Positions 1-12,500 of a stretch of DNA of 64,000 nucleotides are shown here, piece after piece. Below the pieces are notes generated by a model. It was given only the letters and a program-made list of their open reading frames with translations, searched no databases and had not been told where the DNA came from. This stretch comes from Ostrea edulis (taxonomy: Eukaryota). How positions within the stretch are numbered: the first letter of the stretch is position 1; each line of letters starts with the position of its first letter. The DNA lies in contig NC_079169.1 of assembly GCF_947568905.1 (NCBI RefSeq), forward strand, positions 72,540,001 to 72,604,000. The letters are read 5' to 3'. Position numbers and translations under genes: made by a program.

Positions 1-122
1 TCACATCTTAAGAATCATATAAGTTATACCGATAGGTATTAATCGGTGCGTAATTGGATAGCTGAAAAATACCGTCAGTTCCAGCTTACATTGCTATAAC
101 GTTATAACTCCAGGAAATCGGT

Positions 123-123
123 C

Positions 124-151
<28 letters not shown>
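123..151. repeat. (AG)n microsatellite
   Basis: Perfect AG run. Other simple repeats: (TA)n ~459-518, (CT)n ~1097-1150, (TA)n ~22721-22770 and ~40332-40367, poly-C ~44361-44388, poly-A ~49089-49118. Confidence 0.95.
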
Positions 152-154
<3 letters not shown>

Positions 155-456
155 GGAATTGATGGTTTCTCATTTCAGAACAACAGCCACAGTCATGAGC
201 TATATTGAGATGGTTCCTTTGTTGAAATGAAGGGTAGTGTACTTTGTGACAATGCTTCAAGCGATCCAGCTTCCCTCAGTCCAGTGCTATCCAAATTATC
301 AATGATGAGTTACCATGATTGTAAAATTCAAATTAATGCCATTTACTAGAAAGACATTTTATTGTTTAGCTTCATACATGTGTGTTGCACAAAAGTAAAA
401 TAGAGAATGGAAAATTAAATGGAATAGTAAGATGATTGGTTCAATAATTGCTTTAG

Positions 457-518
<62 letters not shown>

Positions 519-684
519 TATTGAATCATGTAGTTATTTATGAGCTGGAGAGCAGTAGACAGTCCGGGCAATGTACATGATTTCGAAGTGGACATTTCTT
601 TGACCAGATGGAGCTTAGTCCCAGACACCATGGCGTTCAGATGTACCAAATAACACCTTCACATCAACATCCTCAACCCTGATG

Positions 685-897
685 TATGAATAACTGAGGG
701 TCTGTCCTGTAATATACGAATAACTGAAGGTATGTCCTGTAACATATGAATAACTGAGGGTCTGTCCTGTAATATATGAATAACTGAGGGTCTGTCCTGT
801 AATATATGAATAACTGAGGGTCTGTCCTGTAATATAAGAATAACTGAGGGTCTGTCCTGTAACATATGAATAACTGAAGGAATGCCCTGTAACATAT
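685..897. repeat. 30-bp minisatellite, ~7 copies
   Basis: Unit TAACTGAGGGTCTGTCCTGTAATATATGAA; it explains the repetitive ORFs 615..974 and 659..895. Confidence 0.95.
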
Positions 898-1110
898 CTT
901 AGATTGAAGCCTCCTTCAAGGAAATTAAAATATTTAAAGTAATTAAAGTTAAATGTCACAAGATAAACTTTCAATTATTCTCTTTTGTCATAATCATGCC
1001 CCAGATTGGTGCAAATACAGGTACTACAGGACAGGTCTTCATCTGTGCTACAACCAATTGACCCCCTAACCCAAAAATAATTCAAGGAAAAGGTGCATTG
1101 TCATAACATA

Positions 1111-1152
<42 letters not shown>

Positions 1153-2199
1153 GTACATAATCCATATATAGGGCAGACCTAAATTAATTGTGCTTTAATT
1201 GTTTGTCCCATATAAAGATATTTAGAATGTTCTACATGTTTACAATTGTGTGCTGTTGCAATCCCCATGAATATAGGGGACACTTAGTATGACCTGAGGT
1301 TCTCGATTCATTACATCAAAACATCTGATTGCAATCAATTGTCATTTGAGGAATTTTCATCTAAATAATTTAGTGTATAGACTGAAATATACATGTAGTA
1401 CAATATTAAGCACTGCTGTCATTTATTTACGTAGAGAACAATGTAAATATGACCTTTACCTGTATTTACCTGCCCTCGCCTTCTACCGTCGTTATATCTG
1501 TGGGTCCCAAGCGTATCGGTGATTCTTTACAATTCATGTATTATTCAATATTTTCAACGATCAAATATTGTCAAGGGCAATAACTCCTATGCTGGTATCT
1601 CCTCTACTAGATGTCTCTTATACAATGATTTCCCTAATATGCACAATTCATTGATACACATTTATGAAGTAGCATTTCTCTAAAGTGTTGACATTAAATA
1701 TTTGTCATTTTAACAAGTTTTTATCTACGAGTACTTTTATTATTAATTTTTGCAAAAATGTGTGATTTTCTATTGTTGACCTACACTTCTGTTTTTTATT
1801 TGTCCGACATCTTAAGGCTACATATACATTTTCCTTGGTTATTAATCAAATTAAACAATACCGAATGGAAATTAATAGAGTTTTTCCACTTTCAACCATA
1901 AATATTAATAAGTCACATGAGGGTGGAGCTACCTTAAACCTACAAATTCACGTGTTCATTGGATTCAAAGACGATGATTGAGTTGATCATCGGTCATTGG
2001 AGAATTTGTTCCGGCATTAATGCGAAATGTACGTAAGATTTCTGAGCTGTTTATTCTATATCAAGTAGTAAAGGTTTAAAACAGTGTGCAGGAATTTAGA
2101 TATGCAACTTGAGTCTGTAAATAAAAAAAACCCAGTATGTATTAGTTATTTTCTAGATTTACTCGGTAATGAGTTAAGTACTTTGAAATGCACTTTACC

Positions 2200-2925
2200 C
2201 ATAGATGGAGATAGAGAATGTGGCAGAAAGAGGGACGGAATGAGAGATAGGTGATAGAGATAGAGAATGGAGGCAGAGGGAGGAATGGAATGAGAGATAG
2301 GTGACGGGGGTAGAGAATGGGGCAGAAGGAAGGACGGAATGAGAGATAGGTGACGGGGGTAGAGAATGGGGGCAGAAGGAGGGACGGAATGAGAGATAGG
2401 TGATGGAGATAGAGAATGGGGCGCAGAAGGAGGGACGGGATGAGAGATAAGTGATGGAGATAGAGAATGGGGCAGAAGGAGGGACGGAATGAGATATAAC
2501 TGACGGGGGTAGAGAATGGGGCAGAAGGAAGGACGGAATGAGAGATAACTGACGGGGGTAGAGAATGGGGCAGAAGGAAGGACGGAATGAGAGATAAGTG
2601 ATAGAGATAGATAATGGAGGCAGAGGGAGGAATGGAATGAGAGATAGGTGACGGGGGTAGAGAATGGGGGCAGAAGGAGGGACGGAATGAGAGATAAGTG
2701 ATGGAGATATAGAATGGGGGCAGAAGGAGGGACGGAATGAGAGATACGTGATGGAGATAGAGAATGGGGGCAGAAGGAGGGACGGAATGAGAGATAGGTG
2801 ACGGGGGTAGAGAATGGGGCAGAAGGAGGGACGGAATGAGGGATAGGTTATGGAGATAGAGAATGGGACAGAAGGAGGGACGGAATGAGAGATAGGTGAT
2901 GGAGATAGAGAATGGGGGCAGGAGA
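2200..2925. repeat. Purine-rich ~49-50-bp minisatellite, ~14-15 copies
   Basis: Unit approx. GATAGAGAATGGGGCAGAAGGAGGGACGGAATGAGAGATAGGTGATGGA; source of ORFs 2142..2954 and 2195..3052. Confidence 0.9.
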
Positions 2926-3939
2926 TGAAGGTAATGTAAAGAGAAAATGGACAAGAGCTGAACACTCCACTCCCAATAGTTGTGCTGTTTTTATGAAGGA
3001 GGTCATCGTCTACACGTACGTTGTTGGTCAAATGGTCAGTTGCATGATGCATGGAATGCAGAAAACTGAAGTAGGATTTGGGCCAACGTAACTTTTTTCG
3101 TTTAGAAAAATCGGTTCTTGTAATTAACCTGTTTTGCTTTATTAGGCTTGGCTACTAAATAAATCTTTAAAACATTTTGGTATCAATGCCTTAAGCACAC
3201 GCATTTTGAATTTTAAAACTGAGCTAAGATTTAAATTTTCCAGACAATTTATATTTATGTACGAGCTATTCCCTGTCCTTAAAAATTCATCTACAAATAC
3301 AACTTAATTTTATCTTTTTATTTGTCATAATTTGGACCTAAATCACGTACGATATTATAGAAGAGTTACAATAACGGCAAGCTTATACAATGTATAAATG
3401 TCACGTTTCTATACAGTCCCATTTTAAACAGATAATGTCGTGTGTGGCGTACAGTTTTAATCACGTTGTACTCATTTTCCGATTTAGACAGATAATGTCG
3501 TGTGTGACCTACATGTATAGTGCGTGATTTCTGTTTCTGTCTCAGTCGTTAAATGTTTGAAGGTTCAAGTAATCTATTTAATATCCACGGACAGTGCACT
3601 CCAAAATTGTCCATTAACAAACTTTCACAGACCGCAAACCTCTCCAAGTAACACGCCAAACCAATTTTTTGATGTTCGCAAAGATAACTAGTCTCAAAAC
3701 TTCAACACCTTGAATTCACGCTTAGACCAGTTTAAAACATTGTTGTGACGTCAGTTCTTTGTTTTGACAGTACTTCATTTTTCATACTGTACTGAACATA
3801 GTCCAGTATTATCAAGAGCAGGCCAATATTATGAGAAATACTGTTTTAGATAGAACAATGTTTTAAGTAAGATACAAGACTGCGATGGTCTATTATGTCA
3901 GATACGGGACTGACCACTGAATATGAGACACCGTACCAA

Positions 3940-5058
3940 ACTACATGTGCTGGGTTCCTAAACTTTATAAAAACCCTTACAAAGATACATTGCTGGATCT
4001 AGTGACTGTAAGTCCATATCTTTGATTCCCACGAAACTATTAAGAGCTGTAAAGGAGAAACTTCGAAAATACTGTGTGCCACAACCTATGCCAGAAATGG
4101 TATCAATCAAATGTGGATTCTAAAATCAACAGCATCAAAACGTATACCTTTCCAACACTTTACATGACCATTCCTCACGATAAATTAAAGACTAGACTTT
4201 TTGACATCATAGACAGTTGCTACTACAACAAACATGGGGAAAAGGTATTCATATCTACGTATCAGTCATCCAAAAAATTACTTTGTTAAACACCACTTTG
4301 ATTCCACGCACAAGTACTCTGAAGTTGAAATAAAAATTATGATGGAGTTCCTCATTGACAGTGTCTTCGTAGTCTTTGGTGACCAGGTCTTCCAACAGTC
4401 TGTTGGAATTCCCATGTGTATAACTTTGTTAGCTATATCCCAGTGAACTCGAATTGAAAGACATCACAGAGTCCTTCATACATGCTGCATACTTAGATAT
4501 TTTACTGAACATAGATGTTGATGGCAAACTAACAACTCAGCTTTTTGACAAACGGGATGATTTCAGCTTCTCCATCGTCAACTTCCCATATTTATGTAGC
4601 AATATTCCATTATCACCTGCATATGGTGTTTATATATCTCAACTGATTCGATACGCAAGAGCTTGTTCTGCGTATGATCAGTTTTTAAATCTAGGCAGGC
4701 TACTGACAAAGTGATGTTACAGGGGTTTCAACAGTATCGTTTAAAGTCAGCCTTTCGAAATATTTATGGTCGTTATAATGATCTAGTTTGTCATTACAAC
4801 CTATCAATGTGTCAAATGCTGCCTGAGGTGTTTCATACCGATTGTTAGGCCGTTCTTGATACACTGATTTTAACTACGGACTGCTTCGTGTACCTGATCA
4901 AGATATAGGACACCTGGCGGGTATGACCGTTCGACACTCCTCCTAGGCACCTGATTCCACCTCTGTTATATCCAGGGGTCCGTGTTTGCCCAACTTTCTA
5001 TTCTATATTCCTTATAGGAGTTATGAGATTGATCACTGTTCTTTATCTTCACCTTTCA
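3940..5058 (+). mobile_element. Degenerate Penelope-like retroelement fragment (RT and C-terminal region, internally deleted)
   Basis: Broken ORFs with TLYMTIPHDKLK, QQSVGIPM and KRDDFSFSIVNFPYLCSNIPLSPAYGVYISQLIRYARAC; the 3' tail GATCACTGTTC..TTATCTTCACCTT is shared with other copies in the window. Confidence 0.75.
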
Positions 5059-5177
5059 AACAAGTGAGGATGCGTGAATGACAATTGCACACGTGTCAAT
5101 AGAATTATGAATACGCCAAAAAATAAATAATGTGATGTAAAACATATAATTAATAATAGTTTATGTTATGTCATAGA

Positions 5178-6000
5178 ATGTGTTCAGGAGTCAAAATTAC
5201 TTGGTATCATTATTGATGAAACTTTGTCCTGGAAAAGTCATATAGAATCACTTATGAACAAGATTTCCAAGAGAATTGGCATTTTAAGAAGAATAAGATA
5301 TTTTATGTCAAACGATGCGCTGCTGAAGATTTTTAATACTATGATTTTTCCACATTTTACATATTGTTGTACTATATGGAGCAATCCAAGAAATGATGAA
5401 AATGTGAATAAGCTTTTTATATTGCAAAAACGAGCTGCAAGGGTAATTCTTAACATCAGAAATTTTGAAACACCATCTAATGTCATGTTTACAGAACTTA
5501 ACTGGTTGCCTCTATCAGATTACTTTGTCTATAGAAAAGTCATTTTAGTGTATAAAGTTTTACATGGTTTAATGCCAGATTATTTAAATGTTTTTAAATA
5601 TGTATCAGAAGTCAGTCAGAGGCAAACTAGAAATTCTTATTCAAATATATTGTATATACCCAGGGCAAAAACAGAATATTATAGAAGATCTTTCAGCATT
5701 TCAGGGAGCACAGTGTGGAATGCCTTGAGTCAAAATATAAGAAACTCAACGAGTGTTGCGTGTTTTAAGAGAAATTATCTTAGAGATTATCACCATACTT
5801 TTTAAGCTTCATTTTGTATTCTATTTATCTTACATTAATAATTATTTCTTAAGTTTATATGTATTCTACTTCTTTTAATCTGTGTTTATTTTACTAATAT
5901 CTGTCTGTATGTATGTTATATGCAGGACCATATTGAAAACTAGAGTTATCGTTGAATATGTAATCCTGGATAAATAAAGGCCTTATTATTATTATTATAT
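5178..6000 (+). mobile_element. 5'-truncated non-LTR retrotransposon (CR1/L2-group ORF2 C-terminus)
   Basis: ORF 5224..5805 with LSWKSHI, LQKRAARVIL, LNWLPL and RRSFSISGSTVWNAL motifs, followed by AATAAA and an (ATT)n tail. Confidence 0.85.
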
Positions 6001-6470
6001 TGTTGCTTTCTATTTTTAGCAATATGTTTTAATATTTTGCATTGAATTTCATAATTTATAATCGTTTAGAACGTGAAAAAGATATACTAGTACAATGCAA
6101 AGTCATAACTATAATTGCAATTTGTAAGCTGTACTTCGTAAAATTTGCAAGACGTAGTTTTACACTTAATAAACTAGATTTGTCCAAACGGAAGTTATAT
6201 TCTGTACCTAATGTAAACCTTTACTAAAGACACGTCTAAACCATATACTTATCATTGATAATTATGTTTTAAAAAGCAAACTTTCTATTATTTCTGAAAA
6301 CATGTAAAGTTTCTATCATAGTACAGTTTACGGTTTGATGCACGCATCGATACAAATATCGCGCGCAGTAATTAATTTGATGAGCACATCAAATCAATCA
6401 TTGTCTCATCAATTGAATTGGTGTGCGCATCAACGTGGTGAAATTGATTTTAAGCAGACTGGTGGAATTA

Positions 6471-6953
6471 CATCTTCACAAGTCAAGGGTTATTGATTCG
6501 TTACCTCGCACTAACCCTTGACATCAGTGGCTATATAAAAGGTGCGCACATTAGACCATTACGCAATTTACTATAAATAAAACATCCAATGAAATCACTG
6601 CATCTTGTTATGGTGTACATGGATACAAATGACGCGATCTCATACTGCTGTATTGATAAATACACGCAATTGTAATATTCACACTACTAATTACGTTTAT
6701 TGATAGTAGATCAAGTTTGGAAACCTTTTTGCTTAATTCAATATTGCTTAAACGATTGAAATAGCCATAACTGTAGGTATCAATACACGTGTTTTTATTT
6801 GAATCTGTCGTTTCGTGTTATAAATAGAACCGCATTCTCACTGGTTCCCACTCTTTTGTGGAAACAATCAGAATGAGCCCACCTTTTATATAGTCACTGA
6901 TGTCAAGGGTTAGTGCGAGATAACGAATCAATAACCCTTGACTTGTGAAGATG
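6471..6953. mobile_element. Non-autonomous DNA transposon (MITE), ~74-bp TIRs, 9-bp TSD (Mutator-like)
   Basis: TIRs 6471-6544 and 6880-6953 (CATCTTCACAAGTCAAGGG...); GTGGAATTA duplicated at 6462-6470 and 6954-6962. Confidence 0.9.
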
Positions 6954-8451
6954 GTGGAATTATTGCTTGCCAGCTTTGATTTTGAGCTCGATATAAATGA
7001 TTTTATGATAATTTGAACTCAGTTGAAGTAGCAACAACCACGCTCGCTAGGTGGCGCGTCATGTTCTATTTTTATTTCTACAGGAAAAGTGGGACGAGGT
7101 TCCACCCTATTTTTTACGGGCTAGTATGGATAAACCTAGAGCCTACGAATGATGCGAAGTTGATCGTTCGGATCTAAAATAGCTATATTTAACGTATCTC
7201 ACGTGATTAGGTATATTCCAGAAAATCCCTTTGAGATTGAAGCGATTAAGCAGAGCGAGTATATGTAAACATTTACTTAACGGTGAAATACGCAACAAAG
7301 AGTGACATATTAATACATTTTATGCACGAATAAATTATACTGAGGTCAAACATGGACGATAATTGCCAATGTTCATATAGTATTTGATTGATTTAGATAT
7401 CCAAGGAAAGATAACTCCCATTATTAACCTACTCACAACGTACCGGTGGTATACAATAATACAATGTTTATACATTTCTGAATGATGAGTGAATCTTTAT
7501 TTTCATCAGAATCGTTTCCATCACACTCGCAGACCAGGTCCCCATACCCCTACCATTGTCAATCTGTGACTGATTGCAGTGCGGTATTTAATTTAATATA
7601 GTCTAGAGGAAATTCGAAATATGGTAGTGACATTTCTTCCTCACTGAATTAGCTGGATTTTTAACGTTTAAAGAAAAGTGGGGTATGGACTGGGGGGGTT
7701 AAAAATGCTATTTGCCAAATTTTGAACAATATTAATTACAAGGCAAGGTAAAAGGGGTCATAAGCTACAGATGATGCAATTTTCACTTGCAAGTTGCACT
7801 GCCACTAGTTACACTTAATTAGTGACTTACTTACAGTTAAATAAAGTAACTTACAAATATTTTATTTATTTATTTATCTATCATTTCATTTCATTTATTT
7901 TTTTTTAAATATCATGGTTTGTACTTGAAGAGTCATCGCAATAAAGGGACAGTAATTAATAGTGTTACAAAAAAATCTGATCATGCACTTTTTAAATTTC
8001 TGAATTTTGAAAAAATAAAAATAAATAAATAATAGATTCTGATACCACTCAGCCCCCCGACTGGCCAGAGAGTTCTGTTTCTGTCAGTTCTAATGCAACT
8101 AGCTCAGCCCCCAGACTGGCCAGAGAGTCCACTGTTTCGGTAAATTCTGATAATGATGCAACTCAACCCCCCCCCCCCGACAGCTCTACGAGAAGTTCTC
8201 GGAAAAGACTTGCTGTGCTGATGTTTAATAAATCAGTTTTTCTATTAATTTTACTTTTGCTCCTGTTCATCAGTTCATTAGGCTATGGCCCAATCTGATT
8301 TAATTTAAGATCGTTGATCCGCTCCGTATTCCTCTTCCTTTCCTGTATCTGTGAAGTCCAGAGGTGAGATATATTCTTTATATAAAAAAAAAAAATAATG
8401 TTCAGGGAACAATTTAGTATTAATTGTTGTCCTTTTCTGCTGTATGCCTTA

Positions 8452-8838
8452 TTTCAAGAAATAACTTTCAGGTCACTTTTTAATGTGAAATGGAACATTT
8501 TCAATTTTTGACAACCTGACGGTAGGGGTGTTTAAGGCACTATACCTCATTTTCTGTTAGGAAGTGGAGTAAAAGGAATTCAGAATTAGATTCAGCATAC
8601 TCAAAATTGGTAATTACACCTGCTTTTTATTGTTTTGGGTAATGGTGTTTCAAGAAATAAAGTTGGGTCACTTTTGATGCGAAATGAAACATTTTCCGTT
8701 TTTGGCAACCTGATGGTAGGAGTGTTTGAGACACTATACCTCATTTTCTATAAGAAATTGGAGTAAAAGGAATCCAGATTTGAAATCAGCATACTCAAAA
8801 TTGGTAATTACACCTGATTTTTATTCTTTTGGGTAATT
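8452..8838. repeat. Diverged tandem duplication of ~190 bp
   Basis: Two copies of TTTCAAGAAATAA...ATTCAGCATACTCAAAATTGGTAATTACACCTG. Confidence 0.8.
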
Positions 8839-8863
8839 TTTAAAAAAGAGTGGTGGTTGCTAG

Positions 8864-9335
8864 TTGAAGATATCTTTCATGCGCGCATCAATTCCTTTAA
8901 AGAGAGCAACAATTCAATTTAAGAGATCATTAATTTAGTTGTGGATATGTTGAATTGACGATATCTCTTATCAAATAATTGTTCTCCCTCTAAATTGAAT
9001 TGATATTATTTATACAATTGAAGAGAACAATGATTTAATTTAATCGATGTACACATCAATTAAATTCCTGCTCTATTCCATTGAATTATAGCGCACATTA
9101 TTTCAATTGTTATATAATCAATTCGTTTGAAGAGAGCAAGAATTCAATTATAGTGCACATCACATTCAGCATTAATCATTCAATTAATGTGTACAACAAT
9201 TTGTAAAGAAGATATCATTAATCATGTGAAGAGATCTTTAAACGAATTGTCGCGCGCATCAAAGGATTTGATGATATCTTCAAAAATTAAAACTATCTTT
9301 AATTATTTGAGTTTATGTTAATTTGGCGCTCAATA
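8864..9335. repeat. Interspersed repeat rich in (AAT)TGATGCGCGCATCAAT-like motifs
   Basis: Degenerate internal motifs; related sequence at ~6330-6460, next to the MITE. Confidence 0.55.
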
Positions 9336-9514
9336 CGTAACATATTTGATATCAGAAATTATAATTTGCATTTGCAAAGCATATTCTAAAGTATAGTTTG
9401 AACTTGTCAAACATTAATCAAATCAAATCCCCCAACGGTTTTGTTTACTTCTCTTTACACGATTGTTCCAGTTGTTGACAAATAAAATGACAGATGAAGC
9501 TTTCGTATCTTTAT

Positions 9515-12500
9515 TTATATTCGTGCACATCTGCAGATGTTGTCAATACAATGTCGTCGGTTACTGGGACAATCCCAACTCTGTAAATCCAGACAGTTTT
9601 GAAGGGTCTTGCATTCTGTCAAATGAAAGACGATTTAGTTAGTCCAACCTTTAATTAATATTCAGTGTAGGCTTTCTAGCATCCGTTAATTATATAAAAT
9701 CTACTAATAATAAATGTTGCACTAATGCTTACCATCAGAGGATTCTATATCATTAGTGGTTGCTACATGGCTTATAAAAACAGTTTTATAATTGTAGATT
9801 ATTGGATAATGTCAAAAATAAAAGAACTTCAAATATAATCAAATATGAAGTAAATGATGAATAACACGGTGTGTGACATTTTAAGACAGGTACGTGGGAG
9901 ACTGTTACATGCAACGTATTATAGATCCGTGTTTCAACAATTCCGAACACCAGTCGCAGTAGCCTCGCATCCGGGAGGTCCCGCGTTCAATTTCCAACCA
10001 TGGCGCCGAGTCATACTTAAGGCGTTTAACATAATTATTGTTCCTTAGTCCAACGCCCGACATCAGAAGTTAAAGGGGTACATGTATGACCATACAAACA
10101 AAGGTCTCTTGTCACAATAAACATTGTCATGATAGAGAACCATTGCTGACCGCCTTCATGATCATACACAAGTCAAGATCTGTGGTACTACCCATCTCCC
10201 ATTGAGGGAAATATAACCGGAACGTTAAACAAACATCTATACAAACAAATCAATTCCAAAAAGTGATTGTTCATTTACAATTTACTTACAATTTAAAAGG
10301 ACTAGACGTGATAATAGTCATTTCTGACCCTGATATTTAAGCATTCTTCTAGTTCTAATAAAAGTCGTAAAAAAATAACCATGAAAAAATCAAGTTTTTC
10401 TCTGAAAATAATTCCTACTTTGAAATATGACATCAGAATGTTTAAGATTAAAAAGATCAATTTTTGTCTTAGATAATCTAAGACAAATATTGATAACCAT
10501 CGTTTTCACAGTTTCGCCACGTGGCACTTAGCGTGGTCGTGGTCTGGGGAAATGTACATGTTCAATAATATGAAACCGGTCGCGGTAGCTCAATGGTAAA
10601 GCGTTCGTTTCATAACCGGGAGGTCCTGAGTTCGAGCCCTGCTCGCGTCAAACCTAAGACTTTGAAATAGGTAGTGATTGCTCCTTCGCCAAATGCTCGG
10701 CATTTAAAAGCGAAAATCACAGGTCTTTCGGATATGACCTTAAAAAGGAGGCCCCGTGTCACGGCAGGCGTTGGCACATCTTTAAAAATGTTTTTAAAAA
10801 CCACTGAGTAAGAAAGGTGGAAATTTACATGAAAAGTTCCTGACATAGAGTAGATATAAGTTTATGCAAATCATGGTCTGCGGGGTACTAGGGTGAGGCC
10901 ACAATTGGAGAGCAAAGAGTTATATACTGATTTATAAGAAAAAGCTTTAAAAATATCTCTTAAACAATTTAAGCTAGGGCTTTCATATTTTGATATACAC
11001 ATGTACATTTTTTACGGATATACCTTTCATGTAATGCAATGGTGTTTGATCTTGTTACCTTGACCTGGATGTTTGACCTTTTGATAAAAATCTGACCTAT
11101 TCAATATGTTCTGAACTGTTAAGGTAGATCTTTCATTTATTTTTATTTATTTTTCTTATGGCAAGACCTTTTATTTCATATTGTGACCTTGAACTTGAAT
11201 TAGGAGTTTGTCCTACTTTTAAGAAAACACATCCTTTTAATATATCTGGACCTATTTTAGGTGAGGCTTTCATTATTTGTGTATAGATTCTTTATGGCAA
11301 GACTTTGTACACAGTGGTGTTTGATCTTTTGACCTTGGAGTTTGATCTACTTTTAAAAAAAAAAATGAACTATTCAATACATCTCCTAAACTATTTAAGG
11401 TAGGATTTTCATATTTTGCATATTAGTTCTTTATGACAAGGCCTTATCATGTCGTAAAGATTTACCTTGACTTTGGAGTTAGATCTACTTTTTAAATCTT
11501 TGACCTATTCAATATCTTCTGAACTAGGTAGATCTTTCATATTTTGTGTATAGATTTTTTATGGCAAGATATTTCATTTCATACTATGTTTCTTGACCTT
11601 GGAATTTTACCTTCTTTTAAAGACCCATCTCATGACCGTACGGTCAGTGAAAATGTAGGCGGAGCCTAATCTAAACAGATGTTATTTACCTGGAGTGGCC
11701 AGGGTCTACGAAGGTGTTAATTGCTATATCCCATGGCACTCAAAGAAATACACAGAGGCAGAACATGGTAGAAATCTACCTGTCCATGCTTTTTTATAGT
11801 TTTGATATACACAGAACCTGTCTCAGTGACCTCTGCAGAGTTTCTGTGGTCATAGTGTTTGAATAATGGTTGTATTCCTAAGGGTAGCTGACACACATTT
11901 TACACCCACCCCTCTTTCTCTCTCTCTGTCATTGACTCAATGAACAATTTCTGTTATAAATATAGAGGTATCATAAATTGATGACATAAATTATTTCAAT
12001 AGGTCACAAGTTTTAAAACTTATTGTGCAAATTATTGTTTAATTTCTGATTGTGTAATTTATAATACATGTACAGGTATATAATTACAATTATATTGAAA
12101 TTGCATTGTTCAGGGGCCTTTTTAAAAACAATTGAATTACAAGAAAACAGCAGTTGTGGACAGGTCATTTGCTATCAAAACTCAGGTATACTGGGCTTCC
12201 TCAAGATCTAAAGAATGCCTGTAGATACTGGCTGTTACTGTTATCAAAACACCTCTCTGGGGTAGCCCCAGACCACAGTGTCTGCAGATGTCACTCCACC
12301 TGAGATCTATTGTTAAATGTTTGATTGGCAGGCAGCTTACAATTTGGGGGTGTCAACTTAAAATTGGGTCTTTAAGAAAACATAACCTTTTAAATACCTT
12401 CAGAACTATTCAAGTTAGGGCTTTTGATAATTTGTATATAGATCCTTTATGACAAGATTTTATGATACAATCGTATTTGATCTTGTGATCTTGACCCACT

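Noticed and set aside
165-680. Exon-like GC-richer stretches near the window start
   Set aside because: I could not build a consistent spliced frame or recognise a protein on either strand; they may belong to a gene or TE outside the window.
615-3052. Repetitive ORFs 615..974, 659..895, 2142..2954 and 2195..3052
   Set aside because: These are stop-free frames of tandem repeats with no gene structure.
10578-10650. tRNA-Met-like gene (CAT anticodon)
   Set aside because: The acceptor stem pairs poorly and the sequence continues directly into a SINE body found in several copies, so it is a SINE head.
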